From NCBI GenBank assembly GCA_002269645.1, contig NIVC01002786.1, positions 3,196-67,195 on the forward strand: a DNA stretch of 64,000 nt, written 5' to 3'. Positions within the stretch are counted from its first letter, which is position 1. Every line of letters starts with the position of its first letter. Source of the DNA: Macrostomum lignano. Lineage: Eukaryota. Of the stretch, positions 49,932 through 61,110 are shown piece after piece. The position numbers and the translations under genes were made by a program. The notes under the pieces are model-generated. The model searched no databases. It worked only from the letters and a program-made list of their open reading frames with translations, and was not told the origin of the DNA.

Positions 49932-50734
49932 AATCCAATAAAGTAAGTGTTGCTATCATTAGATATTTATAATAATTCGCAGGACAAAGTCAAGAACATA
50001 ATGCATTCGAAGTTAAAGCTAAAATTAAGAGTTCCAAAAGTTCTTTGCGATTAGCAGTGATTGTGGGACTTAAGGTAAGCCTAATTGGTCAAAATTAAAA
50101 TCTCACAAGAAAAAAACGCAAACCTCTACTCTAAGAACTCACATTAAACTATGAGACATATTAAAGCGAAATTCTCGGGAGGTTGACAGGACAGTTTGTT
50201 GAACGGCCATTTTTATGCATTTGACAGCCAAACAGTCTACACTCTACAGCCACCGATCAGGTCCATGTACCACTCGTACCTTGACTTTTACGAAGCTTGC
50301 TTGCACTCCAAAACTACTCCCTCTGGCAAATTGTAGGTCCATTCATAGCTCGTATTCTTCTTGTTCACAGGTGCGCGTGTCACTTAAATCTCTATTAATT
50401 TTGCTTAAAAATATTTAATTCACTACACAGTAATAAAATGTAATTTTGCTGCGATAAGACTTAGTTAAGTACTTCTAAAGTACTTCGTGCCACCTGGGCT
50501 GACTCATGGAGGCCGGTTGCTGAGATGCCAAGGATCAATTGGAAGTTGTTGGTGCACCAAGCCAAAGGCAGGTCAAAGGGAGAGTTAGGGTTTAAGCCAT
50601 GGCTTACAAGGGAGTCTGATTGCCAAAGCTCACTGGGGATGCTGATATCTTAGGCTCTCTAGGGGGGGGGTGTACTTGCTATTTGGGAGAGAGGGGTACT
50701 AGCTACATGTATGGGATTCTTTCTATCCAAAGAT

Positions 50735-51040
50735 GCTTGCTATCTGGGGGGATGCTTGCTATCAGGGGGGATGCTTGCTATCAGGGGCCGGGATGCTTGC
50801 TATCAGGGGATGCTTGCTATCTGGGGGATGCTTGCTGTCTGGGGGATGCTTGCTGTCTGGGGGATGCTTGCTATCAGGGGATGCTTGCTATCTGGGGGAT
50901 GCTTGCTGTCTGGGGGATGCTTGCTGTCTGGGGGATGCTTGTTATCAGGGGATGCTTGCTATCTGGGGGATGCTATCTGGGGGGATGCTTGCTATCTGGG
51001 GGATGCTTGTTATCTGGGGGATGCTATCTGGGGGGATGCT
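50735..51040. repeat. 18-bp satellite (GGGGGATGCTTGCTATCT), left part of an array interrupted by the polB element
   Basis: 6-aa periodic ORFs (GGCLLS). The same array resumes at 55431. Confidence 0.95.
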
Positions 51041-51836
51041 ACTACGTAATGCGCAGATAGAGCAGGGTTTTCAGGCAGATTTGACGCAAAAAACGCAAAT
51101 TATACTACTATCTGAAAATGAAGTAAGTAGTATACAAAAACGCTATCCTAAGCGTGATGTGGCAATATGTAGTTGTAATAATCCATGTGCTCATATTAAT
51201 ACCATGTACATTAATCCCTATCTATCTCAAATTGTACATTAATTCCATGTACATTAATCCCTATCCCAAATTGTCTATCCCCAATTCTATATGTACATGT
51301 GCATTAATCTACAGTGTCATCCCCAGCGCGCGCGCACCAACATTACATGTACAATGCTACATGTACACAGAGGCGAGAATTACTAATCTCATCTACTACC
51401 AAATGAGTCAACTAACCGTGTAGCGTACATCATGTATAAGTATTTACAATGAAGATATATTTACATTTAATCAGTAGCATATTACAGGAAATAATTTATG
51501 TACAGCATTACCAGCAAATAGAATATACAGAAAATTTTACATTGTTTTTCATTAATTTTCTTTTCATAAATAATTTTAAACAAGTTTGACACGCAAAATA
51601 TGTACAATAGATTTTTACATTGGCAATTTCGCTGCATACAATACAAAAATGCTTTATGTACATTTGTATAGTAGTATGTAACTCTTCATTAATTTAACAT
51701 GCAAAATATGTACAACAATAAATAGATTTTACTCAGTCAAATTTAACAAGATATTTATTAAGCAAGGGCCACATTATTTATAACCATAAGGCCTGCTGCA
51801 GGCCCCGTACACGCGCTTCGTCAGGACGCGCTGAAA
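51041..51836. repeat. Left terminal inverted repeat (796 bp)
   Basis: Reverse complement of 54635-55430. The same 89-aa ORF appears at 51154-51423(+) and 55048-55317(-), each 113 bp from its end. Confidence 0.97.
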
Positions 51837-51861
51837 GGCTCCCAAAGTGAAAGCTTCGACT

Positions 51862-54697
51862 ATGCCATACGTGTTCTACGATACGGAAACATACACGGAC
51901 GAGGAGAAGCAGCATCACGTGCACCTGGTGACTGCCGTCACGTGCTGCGAGACCTGCTCCGGCCGGGCGTTTCCGCGCGAGACTTGCCGCCTCTGCAATG
52001 GCCTGCATAGCGCCGCCAATTGTCTGACTGGCCGCGATCTGGGGGAGGAATTCTCCAATTGCGTCAGCCACTCAGACTGCGCCTGCCAAATGGCCGATTT
52101 TGTGGCTGTGGGCCCGGCCTCGCTGAATGCGTTTTTCACCTGGCTGAGCACAGCTTTCCGAGGCGGCGCCATTGTTGTAGCGCACAATGCATCAGGCTAC
52201 GATTCGTTCCTACTGCTTGGCGCTCTACTCAACGGCCTGGCCAAGAAGCGGCCACAAGTACTGTTCCAGGGCAGCCGGCTAATGAGCATGACGGTGGATA
52301 AATTGGTATTTAAAGATTCATTAAATTTTATACCAATCCCGCTTGCGCAATTCCCCAAAGCTCTGGGGCTCGCTAACACAAAGCTGGCCAAGGGGACCTT
52401 TCCCCACGAGTTTAACAAGCCGGCTAATTGGAACTACGTTGGCCCCTACCCGGCTATTGAATATTATGGCGGCAAAGCGAACAAGGACTATGACTCAATC
52501 TGTGCTTGGCTAGCCTCGCGACAGGGCGAGTTGTTCAACTTTAATCGGGAATATCTCGATTATTGTTTGAGCGACACAGTCCTGCTTCGCGAGGGCTGCA
52601 TCAAGTACAGGGCAATAATTGGTGAAATTTGCGACGGCCTGGAACCGTTTGTTCAGGCCAATACGATTGCCAGTTTGGCAATGGCCGTTTTCACCACCCG
52701 GTTTATGGAGCCCAACTCGGTCGGCGTGATTGCCCGGCAGGCCGACCAGCAGTCGTTCAAGGCGCGCAAGTGGCTGGCCTATTTGAATGCCACCGAATTT
52801 GGCGGGCGGCTGCGAACCTGCGACTCGACTGGCGGCGAGGCTGTCATTCTCGGCCGCAAGGTGGACGGCTTCGATGAGGCGAGCAACACTGTTTTGCAGT
52901 TTCATGGCTGTTTCTACCATGGCTGCGAGCAGTGTATGCCCGATCAGGATGTCGTCCACCCGCTCAAACGGCAGCCTCTGAGCCATATTCGCCACGAGAC
53001 TGAGTGGTTCACTCGCGAGTTGGAGCGGCACAATTACAGTGTTCGAGTCATTTGGGAGCATGAGTACGACACTGTATTGGCGTCGCAGGCCGACTTTATC
53101 GCCGCAACTGCACATCTGCGCGCTCCGCTCAAGATGGAGGATGCGCTCTACGGTGGCCGCGTAGAGTGCTTTATCCCGCATGCTGTGGCCAGCGAGACTG
53201 AGACTCTCAAATATCGGGATGTGGTGAGTAGCGATACTACTAATATAGTAGAATATTTTGCAAAAAATACAGTTTATGAAAAAAAAATAATGCTTTATTT
53301 CAACTGGCAGGTCTCTCTGTACCCGACGGTGCAGTCGAAAGACCCATACCCGATTGGCCACCCGGTGCAACATCCGACGCCGCAAGTGCTCGATTCTGAC
53401 GCGCTGGCTAGCTACTTTGGCATTGCCAAGGTGACAGTGCTGCCGCCGTCAGATTTGCACATTCCGCTGCTGCCCTACAGGGTGCAAAAGAAGCTCTTTT
53501 TTGGGCTTTGCCGCACCTGTATGGAGCAGCAGTGCGGCGAGTGCTGCGACCACTCTGACCAGCAGCGGGCACTGACTGGTACCTGGGCAACGCCGGAGCT
53601 GCGGAAGGCCTTCCAGTTGGGCTACCGGCTGCAGGCGGTGCACGCGCTGGCCTACTGGACAGAGAAGCGGACCGGTCTGTTCAGTGACTATGTCAGCACC
53701 TTTCTCAAGCTGAAGGCTGAGTCGAGCGGTTCCCCCGGCATGTCGGATGAAGACAAGGCCGCCTACATTGCCGATTTTTACGCCAAGGAGGGCGTCACGC
53801 TGGACAAGGTCGAGCCCAACCCAGGACTTCGCTTTGTAGCGAAAATCTTTTTGAATTCGTAAGTATTCATAAATTTTTGTATTTTAAATGATTTTCTTCT
53901 TCTACTAACAGTAGCACTTCTTTTCACAACACACAGGCTCTGGGGCAAATTTTGTCAGCGTGATGACCTGACATCGACAGAAATTGTATCCAGCTACGAG
54001 GACTGGCTCGCCCGGCTGACCGACCCCAACCTCAAAGTCAAGGCCTGCGAACCGATTGGCAGCGAGTTTATGCTGCTAGAGTACCGGCACCGCTATTTTA
54101 ATCAGCGGCCGTTCCGGTACTCCAATGTGCCAATCGGGGTCTTTACGACCACTCAGGCCCGGCTGCGCCTGTATGAGGCATTGGAGGGGCTCGGCGAACG
54201 GGCCATTTACTGCGACACTGACTCGTAAGTATTGCATTGGGAAAATTATTTTAGAATTGATTACATGTAAATAGTTAGCAATTATCTCGTTTTCTCTCCC
54301 ACACAGGGTCGTTTACCGGCATTCCGAGGGCCAATGGGAGCCGCCCCATGGCACGAGCCTCGGAATGTGGACCGATGAGGTGCCCGCAGGCAGCCGGATG
54401 ACCGACTTTGTAAGTGGGGGGCCCAAACTCTACACTTACATTGTCGAGGATGCGGCCGGTGCCCGGAGTCAGGTCCTGAAGTGCAAGGGCATCCGCCTGA
54501 CTCCGGAGATTCGGGAGCGCAGCGATGAATTGCGCAGTGCCCTACTACACGGCGGCTCCCTGCAGCTGCCGCAGCTTCAGTTTAGGCGCGACAAGGCGTC
54601 TTGTACCATACACACAATCAATATGGACAAGACGTTTCAGCGCGTCCTGACGAAGCGCGTGTACGGGGCCTGCAGCAGGCCTTATGGTTATAAATAA
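51862..54697 (+). CDS. polB: Protein-primed family B DNA polymerase (Polinton/adintovirus type) with VSR-like nuclease insert; 4 exons, ~862 aa spliced; N-terminal terminal-protein region missing
   Basis: Exons 51862-53223, 53311-53858, 53937-54224, 54307-54697 (2589 nt, in frame). ExoI FYDTET, ExoII AHNASGYD, ExoIII YCLSDT; insert VDG...QFHGCFYHGC...IWEHE; motif A YRDV^VSLYP; LCRTC...H...RALTGTW...EL; motif B KIFLNS^LWGKFCQR; motif C IYCDTDS^VVY; KLY, KCKG and terminal KR...PYGY. Confidence 0.95.
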
Positions 54698-55430
54698 TGT
54701 GGCCCTTGCTTAATAAATATCTTGTTAAATTTGACTGAGTAAAATCTATTTATTGTTGTACATATTTTGCATGTTAAATTAATGAAGAGTTACATACTAC
54801 TATACAAATGTACATAAAGCATTTTTGTATTGTATGCAGCGAAATTGCCAATGTAAAAATCTATTGTACATATTTTGCGTGTCAAACTTGTTTAAAATTA
54901 TTTATGAAAAGAAAATTAATGAAAAACAATGTAAAATTTTCTGTATATTCTATTTGCTGGTAATGCTGTACATAAATTATTTCCTGTAATATGCTACTGA
55001 TTAAATGTAAATATATCTTCATTGTAAATACTTATACATGATGTACGCTACACGGTTAGTTGACTCATTTGGTAGTAGATGAGATTAGTAATTCTCGCCT
55101 CTGTGTACATGTAGCATTGTACATGTAATGTTGGTGCGCGCGCGCTGGGGATGACACTGTAGATTAATGCACATGTACATATAGAATTGGGGATAGACAA
55201 TTTGGGATAGGGATTAATGTACATGGAATTAATGTACAATTTGAGATAGATAGGGATTAATGTACATGGTATTAATATGAGCACATGGATTATTACAACT
55301 ACATATTGCCACATCACGCTTAGGATAGCGTTTTTGTATACTACTTACTTCATTTTCAGATAGTAGTATAATTTGCGTTTTTTGCGTCAAATCTGCCTGA
55401 AAACCCTGCTCTATCTGCGCATTACGTAGT
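54635..55430. repeat. Right terminal inverted repeat (796 bp), overlapping the last 63 nt of polB
   Basis: Begins at TTTCAGCGCGTCC (codons FQRVL...). Contains the stop at 54695-54697 and AATAAA at 54712. Confidence 0.97.
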
Positions 55431-56150
55431 GATGCTTGCTATCTGGGGGATGCTTGCTATCTGGGGGATGCTTGCTATCTGGGGGATGCTATCTGGGGGG
55501 ATGCTAGCTATCTGGGGGATGCTTGCTATCAGGGGGGATGCTTGCTATCAGGGGATGCTTGCTATCTGGGGGATGCTTGCTGTCTGGGGGATGCTTGCTG
55601 TCTGGGGGATGCTTGTTATCAGGGGATGCTTGCTATCTGGGGGATGCTATCTGGGGGGATGCTTGCTATCTGGGGGATGCTTGTTATCAGGGGATGATAT
55701 GCGGTTGCTTACTCTTGGAGGGCGGTGCTTGCTATCTGGGAGATACTTGTTATCTGCGGGATGCTTGCTATCTGGGGAATGCTTGCTATCTGGGGGGGGG
55801 GTGCTTGTTATCAGGGATGCTTGCTATCTGGGGAATGCTTGCTATCTTGGGAATGCTTGCTATCAGGGGATGCTTGCTATCAGGGGATGCTTGCTATCTG
55901 GGGGATGCTTGCTATCTGGGGAATGCTTGCTATCTGGGGGGGGGGGGTGCTTGTTATCAGGGATGCTTGCTATCTGGGGAATGCTTGCTATCTTGGGAAT
56001 GCTTGCTATCAGGGGATGCTTGCTATCTGGGGGGGTGCTTGTTATCAGGGGATGATATGCGGTTGCTTACTCTTGGAGGGCGGTGCTTGCTATCTGGGAG
56101 ATACTTGTTATCTGCGGCATGCTTGCTATCAGCTGGGGGATGCTTGCTGT
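55431..56150. repeat. 18-bp satellite (GGGGGATGCTTGCTATCT), right part
   Basis: Same unit as 50735-51040. Confidence 0.95.
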
Positions 56151-57934
56151 CTTGGGATGTTTTCTGTTTAGGGGGAATGTCTGTTATCATTGTGAAAGCT
56201 TCATTTTGTCGTCTTTGTTAATTTTTAAAAAAAAACTTCATAGCCAACAAACATCTTTGACTTTGACCGTGACAATTTTACTCGAATAAGGTGATTTTAA
56301 AACTGAAGAATTCTTAAGAAAATGTGCTTTTTTAACTGTTTTCCATGAATGATTTTTGCTCCTTGCATATTGCGCGCCACGAAGGGGGCACTAGATTGCT
56401 AGTCAATCTTTTAAAGTTGAAGATATCCTTGCAAAGAGCTAGAAATTTTACAATTTCTGCTAGATGTAGAGTTCCACTTGCGTTAAATTGTAACTCACTA
56501 AGAAGCAGCATTGGCGACAACACGCTGATACAGAAAGCCTTGAAGGTCAAGCATCCCATACAATGGGTGCTACTCATAAGTAGAGCAGACAGTGTTTCTT
56601 ATTACGAAGAATCAAAATAAATAAAAGTTTGTCAAAGTAATAACAGTTACGCTATTTGTGAACGCCTAAAGTAAGCTTTGCACAGACTTCGCGCAGGTCT
56701 GCGCAACATTCCAAGGGTTATAATTATAGTCTCTATCTGAGCTCTATATGTATATATTTGTATTATAGTACTGTAATATAATAAGCATGTAATAAGTTCA
56801 ATTAAATCTTAACGAGAGAGTGCTTGCATTGATGAGGATAATAAATAAGGTGCGAAAGCCGCTACCGCCGCGTACAATCGAGAATCTGAATTCATCCTGG
56901 TCCAAAATCTTACACTTGGAAATATTATTATGAAACACACAGAGAAGGAAGAGAGTACGGTGACTGTAGCTGGGAGATTTGAGTGTCGGGCATTTGATTA
57001 TTAGTTGAATCGAGTGCAATAGTGACTACTGAGAACGTGTGATTCAGTAGATTGCAAAACAATATAAATTTCAACTGCACAAAAAATCAATGGTTAGTTT
57101 GTTAGCCTGCCCGACAGAAATCAGTTAACAATCTAAAATTTGGACTGGAGTATGGAACGAAAATTGTCCATACTAAAGTACTTTTAGTACTATTACGAGT
57201 AGAATGGCATAATAATTCCCTATACAGTACTATTAATAATTCCCTATACAGTACTATTAGAATGGCATAATAATTCCCTATACAGAATGGCATAAAACTC
57301 ACGAGACCCCAAATTTATTCTACAAATTAACAGGTGCCAGCGCACTGCCCACAATTAGTCATGGAGAACTGCGCACTGGTGCGCAAAAGCAGACAAAAAG
57401 ACAAATTATTGAAGGCAATGCGCTGAATTGTTTGCAAGACAGCTACAGGTGGCTGGTTGCAGCAATAACACTTATAACTTGATGACAGGGTAATTAATGC
57501 AACAATCAACGGATATCAAAATAAAATAGGCCTTCAAATTAACAACGTGAGATCAGGTGTGAGGTACAGTCAGTACAATTGATGACAAAATATTTATCAG
57601 TTCAAAAAACTCAATAAATAAAACAACTCAAGTGAGATTAATTAGCTGATTAGGTGAACGCATTTATTCAACAAGATAATATAAATAATAATTTACAGAC
57701 TGGCATTGCAAGTTTGAAGACAAGGGATGGATTAAAATCTGACTAAAGCATGGCCATATGGCCACGTGCACACGGTGAATACCAAGAGCACGATTTTCAT
57801 TCGGATCTAAAAAGACAGCTTGTACTTTTATGATTAACTAGACCAGATAAATCAGACAGATACAGTCAGAGTTTACCGCTACAGATGCAAATATTTTTCA
57901 AAATCTATTATTAGCAGCAAGACAATGAATCAAC

Positions 57935-58650
57935 AAAGCAGAATTCCAACCGGAAATCAAAGCAGAATTCCAACCGGAAATCAAAGCAGAATTCCAACCG
58001 GAAATCAAAGCAGAATTCCAACCGGAAATCAAGCAGAATTCCAACCGGAAATCAAAGCAGAATTCCAACCGGAAATCAAAGCAGAATTCCAACCGGAAAT
58101 TAAAGCAGAATTCCAACCGGAAATCAAAGCAGAATTCCAACCGGAAATCAAAGCAGACTTCCAACCGGAAATCAAGCAGACTTCCAACCGGAAATCAAAG
58201 CAGACTTCCAACCGGAAATTAAAGCAGAATTCCAACCGGAAATCAAGCAGACTTCCAACCGGAAATCAAGCAGACTTCCAACCGGAAATCAAGTAAGTTG
58301 AATTCCAACCGGAAATCAAGTTGAATTCCAACCGGAAATCAAGTTGAATTCCAACCGGAAATCAAGTTGAATTCCAACCGGAAATCAAGTTGAATTCCAA
58401 CCGGAAATCAAAGCATAATTTCAACCGGAAATCAAGTTGAATTCCAACCGGAAATCAAAGCATAATTTCAACCGGAAATCAAGTAGAATTCCAACCGGAA
58501 ACCCAAGCAGACTTCCAACCGAAATCAAGTTGAATTCCAACCGAAAATCAAGTAGAATTCCAACCGGAAACCCAAGCAGAATTCCAACCGGAAATCAAGC
58601 AGAATTCCAACCGGAAATCAAGCAGAATTCAAAGCAGAAATCGAGCAGAA
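57935..58650. repeat. Minisatellite, 23-24-bp unit (AAGCAGAATTCCAACCGGAAATCA)
   Basis: 8-aa periodic ORFs (AEFQPEIK). Confidence 0.95.
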
Positions 58651-58843
58651 TTCCAACCGTAGTTTGTCCATCACACTAGGAGGAATTCCAGAAAGAAAAT
58701 ATAATTTTCAGAGAGCAGCTACAAACTGTACAATAAGAATCAATTGATCTAGGATCTAGGTTATGCCGCACTAATATTCTGGTTGTCAGGCAAAAAATAA
58801 CAGAGGCAGTGAGTAGTGACGGGAGACTAAGGACTGGGGACTG

Positions 58844-61110
58844 TTAAAGCGGTTTCAGCCGTTCCAACTCCAATTCCAAGGCAATCCTTTGCTCGGTGAC
58901 CTCCTTGAGCTCGACAGCCAGTTCATTGTTGAGCCTAACCAGGGTGTGATTCTTCTCTTTCTGAGCCTTCACCGCCGCTAGCAGGCGTTCCCGATTGGGC
59001 GGCTGGCCGGAGGCAACAGCGGCGGCGTCGGCAGCAGCGGCGGCAGCAGCAGCGGAGGACGCCAGCTGATAGCTGGCAGCTCGTGGCGGCACAGTCGGAG
59101 CGGACGGGTCGGCGTGCTGTTGCAGGAGATGCTGCTGCTGATGCGCTGTCGGTTTCCTAGGGGTCGGATGAAGCACGCCAACACCGGTTGGAGGAATTCC
59201 GCCAAAGACTGACGGCTCCGGCGGCGGCTGCTGCTGGTGAATTGGCGGTGGCGGCGGCATCGTCGGAGGCGGCGAAGCCTCGTCCTGGTCGGACAGCGGC
59301 TCGTAGCCGGCAGCAACAGGGGGCAGCCTGTCGGGTATCGGCACATTGTTGCGCCTCAGCACGACCAGGTGCATCGCGGTGGAGAACTCGGCCAGGTTGA
59401 GCTGGCCGTCCATGTCGCGATCGGACAGGGCCCAGATGCGGGACAGCTCGGGCGGGGGCAGGCGGGACTTCTCAAAGAACTGCTTGGCCACTGGGCCGGT
59501 GATGCGGCCGGTGAGGCTGGGGCACAGGGTGAGGAATTGGTTGGCGTAGTACTCGCGCTGCTCGCGGGTCATGGCCAGCGGATCCGAGCTGTCCTCTTCA
59601 TCCTCGAAGCCGCCAGCGCCGCCGCCGTTGCCCTCAACGTACTTGTGCCGGTCGTCGGGCGCGTCGCCAGCCTGGCTGTCGGAGTCGTCCGAATCCGACG
59701 TCGAATCGTCATCATCGACATCGTCGCCGTCGTCGTTTTTGGATCCCCCGACGCCGCCTTCTGCCGAGGACGACGAGGCGGCCCGACGATGACGTCGGCG
59801 AGAGGCGCCGCGGCCGCCAGTGGATGCTGCGGCAGCGGTCGAGCCGGCCAAAGGCTCGCGGCCAGCGGCCGAGCCGCTGATGAGGCCAGTGTCCGAGTCG
59901 ACGTCCGAGAAGTGGGCCCAGCCGCCGCCGCTGCCGCGCCCAGACTGGTCAGTGCCGCCGCCGCCGGCCCCGGGATCGGCGTCTTCGTCCGAGTGGCGCC
60001 GGACTCCGCCGCCGGCCTCGGCAGCGTCGACAACTCTAGGTGCTTCGTCGGCGTCGGCGCTAGAGGAGCCCGGCTTCAGTTTGGGCTTCGGTTTTGGCTT
60101 CGGCTGCGGCGGCGGTAGCGCCGAGCGGTCCAGACTGGCCGCCCTGGCGTCTCCAGGCGTGGCGGCGCCGGCGACCTTAGGGGAGGGGCGTTTTTAAATG
60201 TGAGTTAAATAATAGTTACAATTTGCGCGCTTTTCTACTGAGCGGGACGAAGGCAGTAGAGGATAAAAAAATTTAATGTATCTGTAGTCTAAATGAGTCA
60301 GAATGACAGTTTCTTCTCAAGCAATATCTGATTTCCCCAGTAGATAATACCCCCAATTCCTCAGTAGATAATATCCCAATTCCTCAGTAGATAATAACCC
60401 CAATTCCTCAGTAGATAATATCCCCAATTCCTCAGTAGATAATATCCCAATTCCTCAGTAGATAATATCCCAATTCCTCAGTAGATAATATCCCAATTCC
60501 TCAGTAGATAATATCCCAATTCCTCAGTAGATAATATCCCAATTCCTCAGTAGATAATACCCCCAATTCCTCAGTAGATAATATCCCCAATTCCTCAGTA
60601 GATAATATCCCAATTCCTCAGTAGATAATATCCCAATTCCTCAGTAGATAATACCCCAATTCCTCAGTAGATAATACCCCAATTCCTCAGTAGATAATAT
60701 CCCAATTCCTCAGTAGATAATATCCCAATTCTTCATTAGATAATATCTTCAATTCCCCAGTAGATAATATCCCAATTCCTCAGTAGATAATATCCCAATT
60801 CCTCAGTAGATAATATCCCCAATTCCTCAGTAGATAATATCCCAATTCTTCATTAGATAATATCTTCAATTCCCCAGTAGATAATATCCCAATTCCTCAG
60901 TAGATAATATCCCAATTCCTCAGTAGATAATATCCCAATTCTTCATTAGATAATATCTTCAATTCCCCAGTAGACAAAAACCTGAAAACAAGTATTTTAT
61001 CACACCTATGCAAACCTACCTTTTGCTGCAATACATCTTTCTTGCTTGGGGGTGGAGGTATGTAGCTAGCAGAGCCACGTCTCTCAGCTGTCACAGGAGG
61101 ATCCCTGGCT
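58844..61110 (-). CDS. REPS1: RalBP1-associated Eps-homology domain protein (REPS1/2-like), 3' exons only
   Basis: Terminal exon 60175-58844 (acceptor CCCCTAAG, phase 0, open) encodes an EH domain (QREYYANQF...ITGPVAKQFFEKSRLPPPELSRIWALSDRDMDGQLNLAEFSTAMHLV) and a C-terminal coiled coil (KEKNHTLVRLNNEL...RIALELELERLKPL) typical of REPS. Tentative upstream exon ~61110-61020 (SYIPPPPSKK, donor AAG|GTAGGT). The first EH domain is not found in the window. Confidence 0.85.
60340..60972. repeat. Intronic minisatellite, 23-bp unit (AATTCCTCAGTAGATAATATCCC)
   Basis: Period 23 (60481, 60504). Confidence 0.95.

Larger units (their letters stand above)
51041..55430 (+). mobile_element. 4390-bp Polinton/Maverick-derived mini-element (TIR - intron-containing pPolB - TIR), non-autonomous
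   Basis: Ends 5'-ACTACGTAATGCGCAGATAG...CTATCTGCGCATTACGTAGT-3'; 796-bp TIRs; 6-bp TSD GATGCT (51035-51040 and 55431-55436); only gene is a pPolB. No integrase, ATPase, protease or capsid ORF is visible. Confidence 0.93.

Noticed and set aside
51154-51423. 89-aa ORF duplicated in both TIRs as an element gene
   Set aside because: Non-ATG start, AT-rich, no motif. It appears twice only because it is inside the TIR.
56332-57509. Short ORFs that might be exons of another gene
   Set aside because: No recognisable homology and no consistent splice chain could be built.
59237-60118. 293-aa plus-strand ORF (and similar antisense ORFs over RGS12, H3 and polB)
   Set aside because: Antisense shadows of GC-rich real coding exons.
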